DNA of 64,000 nucleotides from Escherichia coli (GTDB lineage Bacteria; Pseudomonadota; Gammaproteobacteria; Enterobacterales; Enterobacteriaceae): NCBI RefSeq assembly GCF_050320075.1, contig NZ_CP190018.1; one strand, 5' to 3'. Shown piece by piece: positions 51,184 to 62,323 of this stretch (position 1 is its first letter; each line of letters starts with the position of its first letter). The notes under the pieces were generated by a model. It saw only the letters and a program-made list of their open reading frames with translations, ran no database searches and was not told where the DNA came from. The position numbers and the translations under genes were made by a program.

Positions 51184-54100
51184 ATGGGTAAAGGCAGCAG
51201 TAAGGGGCATACCCCGCGCGAAGCGAAGGACAACCTGAAGTCCACGCAGCTGCTGAGTGTGATCGATGCCATCAGCGAAGGGCCGGTTGAAGGTCCGGTG
51301 GATGGATTAAAAAGCGTGCTGCTGAACAGTACGCCGGTGCTGGACAGTGAGGGGAATACCAATATATCCGGCGTCACGGTGGTGTTCCGGGCCGGTGAGC
51401 AGGAGCAGACTCCGCCGGAGGGATTTGAATCCTCCGGTTCCGAGACGGTGCTGGGTACGGAAGTGAAATATGACACGCCGATCACCCGCACCATCACGTC
51501 GGCAAACATCGACCGTCTGCGCTTTACCTTCGGTGTGCAGGCACTGGTGGAAACCACCTCAAAGGGGGACAGGAATCCATCGGAAGTCCGCCTGCTGGTT
51601 CAGATACAACGTAACGGTGGCTGGGTGACGGAAAAAGACATCACCATTAAGGGTAAAACCACCTCGCAGTATCTGGCCTCAGTGGTGGTGGATAACCTGC
51701 CGCCGCGCCCGTTTAATATCCGGATGCGCAGGATGACGCCGGACAGCACCACAGACCAGCTGCAGAACAAAACGCTCTGGTCGTCATACACCGAAATCAT
51801 CGATGTGAAACAGTGCTACCCGAACACGGCACTGGTCGGCGTGCAGGTGGACTCGGAGCAGTTCGGCAGCCAGCAGGTGAGCCGTAATTATCATCTGCGC
51901 GGGCGTATTCTGCAGGTGCCGTCGAACTATAACCCGCAGACGCGGCAATACAGCGGTATCTGGGACGGGACGTTTAAACCGGCATACAGCAACAACATGG
52001 CCTGGTGTCTGTGGGATATGCTGACCCATCCGCGCTACGGCATGGGGAAGCGTCTCGGTGCGGCGGATGTGGACAAATGGGCGCTGTATGTCATCGGCCA
52101 GAATTGCGACCAGTCGGTGCCGGATGGCTTTGGTGGCACGGAGCCGCGCATCACCTGTAATGCCTGGCTGACCACGCAGCGCAAGGCGTGGGATGTGCTC
52201 AGTGATTTCTGCTCGGCGATGCGCTGTATGCCGGTATGGAACGGGCAGACGCTGACGTTCGTGCAGGACCGGCCATCGGATAAGGTGTGGACCTATAACC
52301 GCAGTAATGTGGTGATGCCGGATGATGGCGCGCCGTTCCGCTACAGCTTCAGCGCCCTGAAGGACCGTCATAATGCCGTTGAGGTGAACTGGATTGACCC
52401 GAATAACGGCTGGGAGACGGCGACAGAGCTTGTGGAGGACACGCAGGCCATTGCCCGTTACGGTCGTAACGTTACGAAGATGGATGCCTTTGGCTGTACC
52501 AGCCGGGGGCAGGCACACCGCGCCGGGCTGTGGCTGATTAAAACAGAACTGCTGGAAACGCAGACCGTGGATTTCAGCGTCGGCGCAGAAGGGCTTCGCC
52601 ATGTACCGGGCGATGTTATTGAAATCTGTGATGATGACTATGCCGGTATCAGCACCGGTGGTCGTGTGCTGGCGGTGAACAGCCAGACCCGGACGCTGAC
52701 GCTCGACCGTGAAATCACGCTGCCATCCTCCGGTACCACGCTGATAAGCCTGGTTGACGGAAGTGGCAATCCGGTCAGCGTGGAGGTTCAGTCCGTCACC
52801 GACGGCGTGAAGGTAAAAGTGAGCCGTGTTCCTGACGGTGTTGCTGAATACAGCGTATGGGGGCTGAAGCTGCCGACGCTGCGCCAGCGACTGTTCCGCT
52901 GCGTGAGTATCCGTGAGAACGACGACGGCACGTATGCCATCACCGCCGTGCAGCATGTGCCGGAAAAAGAGGCCATCGTGGATAACGGGGCGCACTTTGA
53001 CGGCGAACAGAGTGGCACGGTGAATGGTGTCACGCCGCCAGCGGTGCAGCACCTGACCGCAGAAGTCACTGCAGACAGCGGGGAATATCAGGTGCTGGCG
53101 CGCTGGGATACGCCGAAGGTGGTGAAGGGTGTGAGCTTTATGCTTCGCCTGACCGTGGCAGCGGATGACGGCAGTGAGCGGCTGGTCAGCACGGCCCGGA
53201 CGACGGAAACCACATACCGCTTCAGGCAGCTGGCGCTGGGAAGCTACAGGCTGACAGTCCGGGCGGCAAATGCCTGGGGGCAGCAGGGCGATCCTGCATC
53301 GGTATCGTTCCGGATTGCCGCACCGGCAGCGCCGTCGCGGATTGAGCTGACGCCGGGCTATTTTCAGATAACCGCCACGCCCCATCTTGCCGTTTATGAT
53401 CCGACGGTACAGTTTGAGTTCTGGTTCTCGGAAAAGCGGATTGCGGATATCAGGCAGGTTGAAACTACAGCCCGCTATCTTGGCACGGCGCTGTACTGGA
53501 TAGCTGCCAGTATCAATATCAAACCGGGCCATGATTATTATTTTTACATCCGCAGTGTGAACACCGTTGGCAAATCGGCATTTGTGGAGGCTGTTGGCCA
53601 GCCGAGTGATGATGCATCCGGCTATCTGGATTTTTTCAAAGGCGAGATAGGGAAAAGCCATCTGGCTCAGGAGCTGTGGACGCAGATTGATAACGGTCAG
53701 CTTGCGCCTGACCTGGCTGAAATCAGGACGTCCATTACGGATGTCAGCAATGAAATCACGCAGACCGTCAATAAGAAACTGGAAGACCAGAGTGCGGCAA
53801 TTCAGCAGATACAGAAGGTTCAGGTTGATACAAATAATAACCTGAACAGCATGTGGGCTGTGAAGCTGCAGCAGATGCAGGACGGACGCCTTTATATCGC
53901 GGGTATTGGTGCCGGTATTGAGAACACCCCTGACGGCATGCAGAGTCAGGTGCTGCTGGCGGCGGACAGGATTGCGATGGTTAATCCTGCGAATGGCAAC
54001 ACAAAGCCGATGTTTGTTGGTCAGGGCGATCAGATATTCATGAACGAAGTGTTCCTGAAATATCTGACGGCTCCCACCATTACCAGCGGCGGTAATCCTC

Positions 54101-54663
54101 CGGCATTTTCCCTGACACCGGACGGGCGGCTGACGGCGAAAAATGCCGATATCAGCGGTAACGTGAATGCGAACTCCGGGACGCTCAACAACGTCACGAT
54201 TAACGAGAACTGCCGGGTTCTGGGAAAACTGTCCGCGAACCAGATTGAAGGCGATCTCGTTAAAACAGTGGGTAAAGCTTTCCCCCGGGACTCCCGTGCA
54301 CCGGAACGGTGGCCATCAGGGACCATTACCGTCAGGATTTATGACGATCAGCCGTTTGACCGACAGATTGTTATTCCGGCGGTGGCATTCAGCGGCGCTA
54401 AGCATGAGAGAGAGCATACTGATATTTACTCCTCATGCCGTCTGATAGTGCGGAAAAACGGTGCTGAAATTTATAACCGTACCGCGCTGGATAATACGCT
54501 GATTTACAGTGGCGTTATTGATATGCCTGCCGGTCACGGTCACATGACGCTGGAGTTTTCGGTGTCAGCATGGCTGGTAAATAACTGGTATCCCACAGCA
54601 AGTATCAGCGATTTGCTGGTTGTGGTGATGAAGAAAGCCACCGCAGGCATCAGTATCAGCTGA
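51184..54663 (+). CDS. J: Central tail fibre / host specificity protein J
   Basis: 1159 aa, lambda gpJ-like. Confidence 0.9.
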   Translation: MGKGSSKGHTPREAKDNLKSTQLLSVIDAISEGPVEGPVDGLKSVLLNSTPVLDSEGNTNISGVTVVFRAGEQEQTPPEGFESSGSETVLGTEVKYDTPITRTITSANIDRLRFTFGVQALVETTSKGDRNPSEVRLLVQIQRNGGWVTEKDITIKGKTTSQYLASVVVDNLPPRPFNIRMRRMTPDSTTDQLQNKTLWSSYTEIIDVKQCYPNTALVGVQVDSEQFGSQQVSRNYHLRGRILQVPSNYNPQTRQYSGIWDGTFKPAYSNNMAWCLWDMLTHPRYGMGKRLGAADVDKWALYVIGQNCDQSVPDGFGGTEPRITCNAWLTTQRKAWDVLSDFCSAMRCMPVWNGQTLTFVQDRPSDKVWTYNRSNVVMPDDGAPFRYSFSALKDRHNAVEVNWIDPNNGWETATELVEDTQAIARYGRNVTKMDAFGCTSRGQAHRAGLWLIKTELLETQTVDFSVGAEGLRHVPGDVIEICDDDYAGISTGGRVLAVNSQTRTLTLDREITLPSSGTTLISLVDGSGNPVSVEVQSVTDGVKVKVSRVPDGVAEYSVWGLKLPTLRQRLFRCVSIRENDDGTYAITAVQHVPEKEAIVDNGAHFDGEQSGTVNGVTPPAVQHLTAEVTADSGEYQVLARWDTPKVVKGVSFMLRLTVAADDGSERLVSTARTTETTYRFRQLALGSYRLTVRAANAWGQQGDPASVSFRIAAPAAPSRIELTPGYFQITATPHLAVYDPTVQFEFWFSEKRIADIRQVETTARYLGTALYWIAASINIKPGHDYYFYIRSVNTVGKSAFVEAVGQPSDDASGYLDFFKGEIGKSHLAQELWTQIDNGQLAPDLAEIRTSITDVSNEITQTVNKKLEDQSAAIQQIQKVQVDTNNNLNSMWAVKLQQMQDGRLYIAGIGAGIENTPDGMQSQVLLAADRIAMVNPANGNTKPMFVGQGDQIFMNEVFLKYLTAPTITSGGNPPAFSLTPDGRLTAKNADISGNVNANSGTLNNVTINENCRVLGKLSANQIEGDLVKTVGKAFPRDSRAPERWPSGTITVRIYDDQPFDRQIVIPAVAFSGAKHEREHTDIYSSCRLIVRKNGAEIYNRTALDNTLIYSGVIDMPAGHGHMTLEFSVSAWLVNNWYPTASISDLLVVVMKKATAGISIS

Positions 54664-54730
54664 ATTTTATAGCCCCAATACGGGCGTCAGAAATGACGCC
54701 TTTTTTATTGCAGAAAAGCGAGAGGTAATT

Positions 54731-55330
54731 ATGCGTAAATTATGTGCTGTTATTCTGTCCACAGTAGTCTGGCTGGTCGCCGCTGGTACGCCAGCGAGCG
54801 CAGCAGAGCATCAGTCCACACTAAGCGCCGGGTATCTTCAGACCCATACTGATATGCCCGGCAACGATGACCTGAAGGGCATTAACGTGAAATACCGTTA
54901 TGAATTTACGGACACGCTGGGGCTGGTGACGTCATTCAGTTATGCCAATGCCAAAGATGAGCAAAAAACGCATTACAGCGATACCCGCTGGCATGAAGAT
55001 TCAGTGCGTAACCGCTGGTTCAGCATGATGGCGGGGCCGTCTGTACGCGTGAATGAATGGTTCAGTGCTTATGCGATGGCAGGTGTGGCTTACAGCCGTG
55101 TTTCGACTTTTTCCGGGGATTATCTCCGCGTAACTGACAGCAAGGGGAAAACGCACGATGTGCTGACCGGAAGTGATGACGGTCGCCACAGCAACACGTC
55201 TCTGGCGTGGGGGGCTGGCGTGCAGTTTAACCCGACCGAATCCGTGGCCATTGATATTGCTTATGAAGGTTCCGGCAGTGGCGACTGGCGCACTGACGGT
55301 TTCATCGTGGGTGTCGGTTATAAATTCTGA
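54731..55330 (+). CDS. lom: Lom outer-membrane protein (Ail/PagC family)
   Basis: 199 aa with signal peptide, beta-barrel pattern, C-terminal F; lambda position after J. Confidence 0.8.
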   Translation: MRKLCAVILSTVVWLVAAGTPASAAEHQSTLSAGYLQTHTDMPGNDDLKGINVKYRYEFTDTLGLVTSFSYANAKDEQKTHYSDTRWHEDSVRNRWFSMMAGPSVRVNEWFSAYAMAGVAYSRVSTFSGDYLRVTDSKGKTHDVLTGSDDGRHSNTSLAWGAGVQFNPTESVAIDIAYEGSGSGDWRTDGFIVGVGYKF

Positions 55331-55388
55331 TTAGCCAGATAACACAGTGTTATGACAGCCCGCCGGTTCAGGCGGGCTTTTTTGTGGA

Positions 55389-57794
55389 GTGGATATGGCA
55401 GCAGTAAAAATCTCAGGTGTGCTGAAAGATGGTGCGGGAAAACCAATACAGAACTGCACTATTCAACTGAAGGCAAAGCGTAACAGCACCACGGTACTGG
55501 TGAACACGGTGGCCTCTGAAAATCCGGATGAAGCCGGGCGTTACAGCATGGATGTTGAGTATGGCCAGTACAGCGTCACCCTGCTGGTTGAAGGTTTTCC
55601 GCCTTCGCATGCCGGGAGCATTACCGTCTATGAAGGTTCCAGACCAGGTACGCTGAATGATTTTCTCGGTGCCATGACGGAAGAGGATGTCATGCCGGAG
55701 GCATTGCGCCGTTTTGAGGAAATGGTGGAAGAAGCGGCACGCAACGCCGAAGCCGCCTCTCAGAGCGCAGCGGCGGCAAAGAAATCCGAAACGGCTGCGG
55801 CATCATCGAAGAACGCGGCGAAAACCTCAGAAACGAATGCAGCTAATAGTGCACAGGCGGCAGCGACCTCAAAGACTGCATCGGCAAACTCCGCGACAGC
55901 AGCCAAAAAATCAGAAACCAACGCGAAAAATAGCGAGACAGCCGCAAAGACGAGCGAAACCAACGCAAAGTCCAGCCAGACGGCAGCGAAAACCAGCGAA
56001 ACGAATGCCAAAGCCAGTGAAACTGCGGCAAAAAACAGCCAGGTTGCAGCAGCCCAAAGCGAGAGCGCGGCAGCCGGTTCTGCGACTTCAGCAGCTGGAT
56101 CAGCAACTGCTGCGGCTAACAGCCAGAAAGCTGCGAAGACGAGTGAAACTAACGCAAAGTCCAGCCAGACGGCAGCGAAGACCAGCGAAACGAATGCCAA
56201 AGCCAGCGAAACTGCGGCGAAAAACAGCCAGGTTGCAGCAGCCCAAAGCGAGAGCGCGGCAGCTGGTTCTGCAAGCGCGGCGGCTGCTTCTGCCACTGCA
56301 TCAGCCAACAGTCAAAAAGCGGCAAAAACCAGTGAAACCAATGCAAAGACAAGCGAGACTGCAGCGGCGAACTCGGCGAAAGCATCGGCAGCAAGCCAGA
56401 CAGCAGCTAAAGCAAGTGAAGACGCAGCCAGAGAGTATGCAAGTCAGGCAGCAGAGCCGTATAAATATGTCTTACAGCCACTGCCTGATGTGTGGATACC
56501 GTTTAACGATTCACTGGATATGATTACGGGCTTTTCGCCGTCATATAAAAAAATTGTTATTGGTGATGATGAAATAACGATGCCTGGCGACAAGGTTGTT
56601 AAGTTTAAACGCGCATCAACTGCCACATATATCAATAAATCAGGCGTATTTAGTGTTGCTAAAATTGATGAGCCACGATTTGAAAAAGAAGGTTTATTGA
56701 TTGAAGGACAGCGCACTAACTATTTTGTTAAATCCAATACTCCCGCTGAATGGACGAGTACCAGCAATATCGATAAAACTAATAATGGTGTTGATGAATT
56801 TGGTTTTTCATATGCCAAAATGCGAACAAAAGATAATATGACAGGACAATCATCTGCACTTAGTCTGCATACATGCAGTGCATCCCGGGGGATTGATGTT
56901 AGTGGCGATAATAAGTATTGCACTGTTTCATGCAGGGTTAAAGCTCCTGATGGTCTTCGTTGTCGTTTGCGTTTTGAAAAATACGATGGGTCGGTTTATA
57001 CATTTTTAGGAGATGCTTATTTAACTTTCGGAACTCTGATAATAGAAAAAACTGGCGGAGCAGCCAATAGAATAGCAGCTACTGCAACTAAAGATCCGGT
57101 TACAGGGTGGATTTTCTATGAGGCAACTATAGAAGCTGTTGAAGGTGAAGCCTTAATTGGCGCAATGATTCAGTATGCGCCGAAAAAAGGTGGTATAACT
57201 GAAGCGGGAGATTATATTTACCTTGCAACACCACAATTTGAAAACGGCGGATGTGCTTCATCTTTTGTTATTACGACAACTGCACCCGCAACCCGCTCCA
57301 GTGATATGGTGACGATCCCAACTGAAAATAATATCTATAATAGACCGCTTACGTGTCTTGTCGAGGTCAATAGAAATTGGGGCGATATTCCTCCTAATGT
57401 AGCACCGCGTATTTTTGATTTTTCTGGTGTGCCACCTATTGAGTCAATTACATACGCTTTTAACACAACTGAGAAATATTACGGTCAGCTTTATATACAA
57501 ACTTATAAAGCGTTGACAAGTACTTACGTTTCTAGTGTGTTTGCTGGTCGAACTGATGTTCGAAAATTCATTGGTGGTTTTAATATTTATTCTGATGGTA
57601 CTAAACGAGTAGTTTCTAACGGTGAGGCTACTAAAACTATGAAAACGGAGTGGACGGGCGTAAAAACACGGACCTTTATTCGAATTGGAGGTCAAGCCAC
57701 ATCGGGAACTCGTCATCTATTCGGCCATTTGAGAAATCTTCGTCTCTGGCATAAAGAATTAACTGATGCGCAAATGGGGGAGAGTATTAAATGA
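55389..57794 (+). CDS. stf: Side tail fibre (Stf) with lambda-like N-terminal half and AT-rich divergent C-terminal half
   Basis: 801 aa; N-terminal ~430 aa lambda Stf-like including duplicated Ala/Ser/Thr-rich repeat; GC drops after ~56480. Confidence 0.8.
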   Translation: MDMAAVKISGVLKDGAGKPIQNCTIQLKAKRNSTTVLVNTVASENPDEAGRYSMDVEYGQYSVTLLVEGFPPSHAGSITVYEGSRPGTLNDFLGAMTEEDVMPEALRRFEEMVEEAARNAEAASQSAAAAKKSETAAASSKNAAKTSETNAANSAQAAATSKTASANSATAAKKSETNAKNSETAAKTSETNAKSSQTAAKTSETNAKASETAAKNSQVAAAQSESAAAGSATSAAGSATAAANSQKAAKTSETNAKSSQTAAKTSETNAKASETAAKNSQVAAAQSESAAAGSASAAAASATASANSQKAAKTSETNAKTSETAAANSAKASAASQTAAKASEDAAREYASQAAEPYKYVLQPLPDVWIPFNDSLDMITGFSPSYKKIVIGDDEITMPGDKVVKFKRASTATYINKSGVFSVAKIDEPRFEKEGLLIEGQRTNYFVKSNTPAEWTSTSNIDKTNNGVDEFGFSYAKMRTKDNMTGQSSALSLHTCSASRGIDVSGDNKYCTVSCRVKAPDGLRCRLRFEKYDGSVYTFLGDAYLTFGTLIIEKTGGAANRIAATATKDPVTGWIFYEATIEAVEGEALIGAMIQYAPKKGGITEAGDYIYLATPQFENGGCASSFVITTTAPATRSSDMVTIPTENNIYNRPLTCLVEVNRNWGDIPPNVAPRIFDFSGVPPIESITYAFNTTEKYYGQLYIQTYKALTSTYVSSVFAGRTDVRKFIGGFNIYSDGTKRVVSNGEATKTMKTEWTGVKTRTFIRIGGQATSGTRHLFGHLRNLRLWHKELTDAQMGESIK

Positions 57795-58072
57795 AAGATT
57801 TAACACTCAAATTTGCAGACAGGGCCGACTTTTCGGCCTTTATGGAGAGCATTGGCTATTATGATGACGAGTCGATGCAGGATGATATTCTTATTGACGT
57901 GATAGGTAATGTGTACAAAGAAACCGGAGAACTGACTGAAGATGGCGAACCGGTATGTGTTAAGGAAGACGGATATTTTGTAAACGTGCGCATCATTAAT
58001 GATTCGCAAATATCGTCAATATTCGATGAATACGTGGTTGCTGTTGAGCATCAACTTCGTGGCTGGATGTGA
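57791..58072 (+). CDS. Hypothetical small acidic protein downstream of stf
   Basis: 93-aa ORF overlapping stf stop (ATGA). Confidence 0.4.
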   Translation: MKDLTLKFADRADFSAFMESIGYYDDESMQDDILIDVIGNVYKETGELTEDGEPVCVKEDGYFVNVRIINDSQISSIFDEYVVAVEHQLRGWM

Positions 58073-58081
58073 GGAAGAAAA

Positions 58082-59122
58082 ATGGCTACATCGACAGTAA
58101 TTCCTGATGACATCAAAACGCTAAAATCCGACGTTAGCAAATTAAAAAACGATCAAGGAAGCTACGCAACAAAATTATATGTAGACAGCAAAGATGAAAT
58201 CGTTGGTGACTGGTCTGTTTCATGGTATCAGCAGGTATTGCCAACTAGCGGAGCTATATTTGGGAGAAAACTCCGCTCAACTCACAGGACGGCAGGTGTT
58301 GAGGATGCGTATTGCGAACTATACCTCAAAAAATGGATAGACAGTCCAGGTAACGCAATGGCGCGCCTTAACCTGAACGATAACGGGACAAACATTTGCT
58401 GGGACTTTACCAACCTTTATGGCGGTACGATGATTTTTCCCGGTGACAGCGGATACCTCAAAATGGGTAACTGCCTTATGTCATACAGCAAGCGTGGAAG
58501 TAACGCGCTTATTAAATTTGATTACACCGACACATTACAGATCAAATATGCCAATCATGGGTCAACCATGACATTAAACACACAGGGAACCGCTTATGCT
58601 GGTGTTACTGCTCAATTGTGGGGCAACTCCAGCCGTCCTGTTGTTTATGAAGTCGGTGTTGATGGTGGCGCTTATATGTTCTATGCGCAGAAAAATACCG
58701 ATAACACCTATATGTTAAGCGTTAATGGTGCATGTCATGCCACCGCATTTAACCAGCATTCCGACCGGGATCTGAAAGACAACATTCAGGTGATCGATAA
58801 TGCAACCGACCGCATCCGTAAAATGAACGGCTATACATACACGCTTAAAGAAAACGGTATGCCCTATGCTGGTGTCATTGCACAGGAAGCTCTGGAAGCA
58901 ATCCCAGAAGTTGTAGGTTCCGCAATGAAATATCAGGACGGTGCGAGCGGATCGGAAGGTGAAGAAGGTGAACGTTATTACACAGTAGATTATTCTGGTG
59001 TTACTGGCTTGCTTGTTCAGGTAGCCAGAGAGTCAGACGACAGAATAACAGCACTGGAAGAAGAAAACGCAGAATTAAGACAAAGATTATCTGCAATTGA
59101 TGCGGCGCTTGCGTCTAAATAA
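58082..59122 (+). CDS. Tail fibre/spike-like protein with C-terminal intramolecular chaperone auto-cleavage domain
   Basis: 346 aa; C-terminal SDRDLKDNI...GYTYTLKENG...GVIAQE...YYTVDYSGVTGLLV pattern typical of peptidase S74 fibre chaperone domains (recollection). Confidence 0.55.
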   Translation: MATSTVIPDDIKTLKSDVSKLKNDQGSYATKLYVDSKDEIVGDWSVSWYQQVLPTSGAIFGRKLRSTHRTAGVEDAYCELYLKKWIDSPGNAMARLNLNDNGTNICWDFTNLYGGTMIFPGDSGYLKMGNCLMSYSKRGSNALIKFDYTDTLQIKYANHGSTMTLNTQGTAYAGVTAQLWGNSSRPVVYEVGVDGGAYMFYAQKNTDNTYMLSVNGACHATAFNQHSDRDLKDNIQVIDNATDRIRKMNGYTYTLKENGMPYAGVIAQEALEAIPEVVGSAMKYQDGASGSEGEEGERYYTVDYSGVTGLLVQVARESDDRITALEEENAELRQRLSAIDAALASK

Positions 59123-59149
59123 TATTAAGGGGCCGAGCGCCCCGTTTTA

Positions 59150-59458
59150 TTGGGTAGGATGAAAATGGATATAACACCTTTCCTTCATGCGCTTTGTGCT
59201 GTGGCTGCGCAGCTACTGATTGGTCTTTTTACCGGGAACTGGGCTTACGGGGCGATAGCCGGTTGTACGTTCTTCATTGCGCGTGAACACACCCAGGCAG
59301 AATATCGCTGGATCGAAATGTTCGGGCATGGCAAGCGAATGAATATGCCGTGGTGGGGCGGTTTTGATCCACGCGCGTGGGATGTGGCAAGCCTGATGGA
59401 TTTTGCTGTGCCGGTGGTGGCGTGTCTGCTGGTCTGGCTGTTGGTTAATCGTGGGTGA
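59150..59458 (+). CDS. Hypothetical membrane protein
   Basis: 102 aa with two hydrophobic segments. Confidence 0.4.
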   Translation: MGRMKMDITPFLHALCAVAAQLLIGLFTGNWAYGAIAGCTFFIAREHTQAEYRWIEMFGHGKRMNMPWWGGFDPRAWDVASLMDFAVPVVACLLVWLLVNRG

Positions 59459-59471
59459 AAAAAGGTGGGCT

Positions 59472-59597
59472 GTATATGCAACGGAGGAAGAAACCACGTT
59501 GCTGGAAGCCTGGAAGAAGTATCGGGTGTTGCTGAACCGTGTTAATACAACAACTGCACCGGATATTGAATGGCCAACAGTACCCATTATCGAATAG
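59472..59597 (+). pseudogene. tfa: 3' remnant of tail fibre assembly gene tfa
   Basis: Encodes ...[39 protein letters not shown], matching the C-terminus of lambda Tfa as I recall; no matching 5' part upstream. Confidence 0.6.
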
Positions 59598-59670
59598 TGC
59601 ATTACGAACTGCAGGATATTATATGGGATAATATTCTGCAGTTTATTGGGGCTGTATTTTAAAAAGGTGT

Positions 59671-61002
59671 TTATTTTGAGTGAATTATCACCTTGTTTTT
59701 TCCGGTTCTTTTGGCTTGATATAACGCTTTGTCGGCATTGACTAACATTTCAGATGGACTGAGATTATTCTCTTTTGAAGCAAAGCAACCAATACTGACA
59801 GTTATTTTCTCAGGTCCATGCGATAATAATTTTTCCGAGCATTGCTCTTCAATGTTTTTTCTGATTCGCTCTGCAATTGATAGCAAGAGTTTTTGAGTAT
59901 TACCTTTAATGATAATACCGAACTCCTCACCGCCTAAGCGCCCTAATATATCCTCTTTCCTGATGGATTTTTTTATTATTCTGGTAACCATTACTATGAC
60001 TTGATCACCCATATGATGCCCCCATTTGTCATTGATGCTTTTGAAACTGTCAATATCTAACATTATTACTGAGAAATCATGGTGTTTTGATATATTCTTC
60101 AATGAGTCAATAAAGTATCTTCTATTGTATGTATTCGTTAGTGGATCATGAATTGCCATATGATTAGCATGATTTAATTTCCTGAAAACATAATACATGA
60201 GTGTTGAAATGATATAAATCATTGATATCAATTCAAGAAATTTTGTCATGTACCATGCAGGATGGGATTTATCAATAAAATACAATAAAATTAGATTATT
60301 GCATACTGACACTATACTAATAAGTATTATACACAACCATATTTTTGAGTAATTACGTATGCTGATGCATGAGCTGATAAGTAATACAAGCCAAAATACT
60401 GATATTATTTTGGTGTACACGATATTCCACGTCGACAAATGACGATTCAGCGAGTATTGTATAATATTAAGACTATATTTTATATGGTCACTGCTTAGAT
60501 TTTTTGCTACAAACGGAGTAATAAAAAGAATTAATATTGACAAAACAACAATTATTATGTTTCTTTTATCTTCTAAAATACTTTTATTTTTAACATTGGT
60601 GGAATAAACAGCCAGAAAGATTATAGATATAAAGCTGAACTGACGGAATAGATAATATATTGCGATATCATTTGATTTCTGATAGATTGTAGATAAATCG
60701 TTACCTAACGGAGATAAAGAAATAATAGCCACTTCTAATAAATAATACGTGTTGCTCAAAAACGCGAATGAAAGAATTAAGAGATAACTTTGTCTCTGAT
60801 TAGAAACATAGTAAAGCAATAGAAAAATAAAAATCATCAGGTTTATGAAAAAAAGCCCAATAATGAAAACACTATAACTTATTTGTGTTGTTTGTGTTAT
60901 GTATATTCCATTATTTTCATGCAGTAACAAAAATATAATAGAGATGCATGAAAATAAAAAGATGAAGATTTTTATTTTTATAGGTACCTGGTTGATAATC
61001 AT
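59671..61002 (-). CDS. Membrane-anchored diguanylate cyclase (GGDEF domain), AT-rich moron
   Basis: 443 aa; ~8 N-terminal TM helices; C-terminal GGDEF domain with RLGGEEF motif; ~30% GC. Confidence 0.8.
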   Translation of the reverse strand: MIINQVPIKIKIFIFLFSCISIIFLLLHENNGIYITQTTQISYSVFIIGLFFINLMIFIFLLLYYVSNQRQSYLLILSFAFLSNTYYLLEVAIISLSPLGNDLSTIYQKSNDIAIYYLFRQFSFISIIFLAVYSTNVKNKSILEDKRNIIIVVLSILILFITPFVAKNLSSDHIKYSLNIIQYSLNRHLSTWNIVYTKIISVFWLVLLISSCISIRNYSKIWLCIILISIVSVCNNLILLYFIDKSHPAWYMTKFLELISMIYIISTLMYYVFRKLNHANHMAIHDPLTNTYNRRYFIDSLKNISKHHDFSVIMLDIDSFKSINDKWGHHMGDQVIVMVTRIIKKSIRKEDILGRLGGEEFGIIIKGNTQKLLLSIAERIRKNIEEQCSEKLLSHGPEKITVSIGCFASKENNLSPSEMLVNADKALYQAKRTGKNKVIIHSK

Positions 61003-61249
61003 GTACGCACCTGAGAATGATATATATATAATATGTATCGCTACAAATAACGATAATTTCTTACTGGTGATAGTATACTATTATTCTGGTTAATCGCTGT
61101 CAAATTGATGATTTTGGTTAGTATTGCAATAGCGAAGGGTTTGATCCGGTAAGACTGGCTAGGCAAGGCTATACCAAAAAATCAGTGTAGGTTCAGAAAA
61201 CGATGCACCATACAATCATCAATAATTTCAAATTGTCCATTGTGCATAA

Positions 61250-61295
61250 ATCATAAAGAAAACCGCAGCACGTCGTATGCAAGAACGTGCTGCGG
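61250..61295 (-). terminator. Candidate intrinsic terminator (minus strand)
   Basis: 11-bp stem CCGCAGCACGT/ACGTGCTGCGG followed on minus strand by TTTTCTTTAT. Confidence 0.35.
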
Positions 61296-61594
61296 TTGGC
61301 TGGTGAGCTTTCGATAGTGCGAGTATTGAATGATTTCCAGACGTTACCGATTTTATATAACTGCAGTGGAATTATTCAACACACAGGCAAAACGGAATAA
61401 GCTGAGAAAAAAGCGTGCTTTCCCAATCTGGGGCAAATCACGTCTGAATGACACCTGAAAACAGGTGGTAGCCTCAAGAAGGCTTGGAATATTCTTCTTT
61501 AATGTTATGTAATTCATTGATTTTTCTTGTACGATTTTAAGACATTTATTCCAAGAAAAATTTTTAACTCTTTGATTTTTCGACTCTGTATCAT

Positions 61595-61656
61595 CGGTCT
61601 CGAAAACCGGAGTAGGGGCAACTCTACCGGGGGTTCAAATCCCCCTCTCTCCGCCA
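61595..61656 (+). repeat. attR (duplicate of serU 3' 62 nt)
   Basis: Identical to 13715-13776; flanks diverge on both sides. Confidence 0.85.
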
Positions 61657-62204
61657 CCTTATCAATGACTTATCTCCCGACTTCCCGCCTTGCTTTTCCT
61701 AAACAGAACAATCGTAGAATATTCTTGAAGGGTTAGATCGTCACTGTTTTCTGTTCGATACTGTGACATTCAGCACTTGATTCGCTATGGATCTGACAGG
61801 AAGGTTTCGAGCGAAAATCTGCAGTTATTCAGTCGTTTTCTTATCGGTCACCATTATTCTTTTAGACATTGATCCTACGAAGCTGCCGCAAAGTTGGTGG
61901 TGGGAACTGAAGTTGCGTAGAGAAGGAGTCAATAATTGAGCCAAAAAAGGAACGCGGCCGTCAGATTAAAGCCGCGGGACAAAGTCCATAATTTCCAAGA
62001 GTTGTTGAATTTCCCAACTTTTTTGAAAGCCTTTGTATCATACTAACAAGTAAAAAAGGTTTAAATACCAAAATTAACCTATATTTCTGGTTAGCTTTAC
62101 CATGACAGATGACTTGCTCCTGGAGACATTGGCGCAGCCAGTCTGTATTGGTGAGTTGTGTATTTATTGTTCGCCGTTTTCTCAGTTTTTTCTACAGACA
62201 TAAT

Positions 62205-62237
62205 AAAAAAGACACGTCTCAAGCATGAGCGTGTCTG
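62205..62237 (-). terminator. Intrinsic terminator downstream of zinT
   Basis: Stem AGACACG/CGTGTCT with U-run on minus strand. Confidence 0.5.
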
Positions 62238-62323
62238 AGTTTGTCTTATTTATTTGTCTTGGTAAATTATTGTCGTTACTACTAGGCACTGTTCTGTTAA
62301 ATAATTGAATCAGCGAAAAAAAA

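Noticed and set aside
55687-56523. 278-aa Arg/Gln-rich alternative-frame ORF and antisense ORFs inside stf
   Set aside because: Low-complexity translation of the Ala/Ser/Thr repeat region of stf in the wrong frame.
61527-61736. 69-aa ORF spanning attR
   Set aside because: Runs through the tRNA-derived repeat; translation is an artefact of the tRNA sequence.
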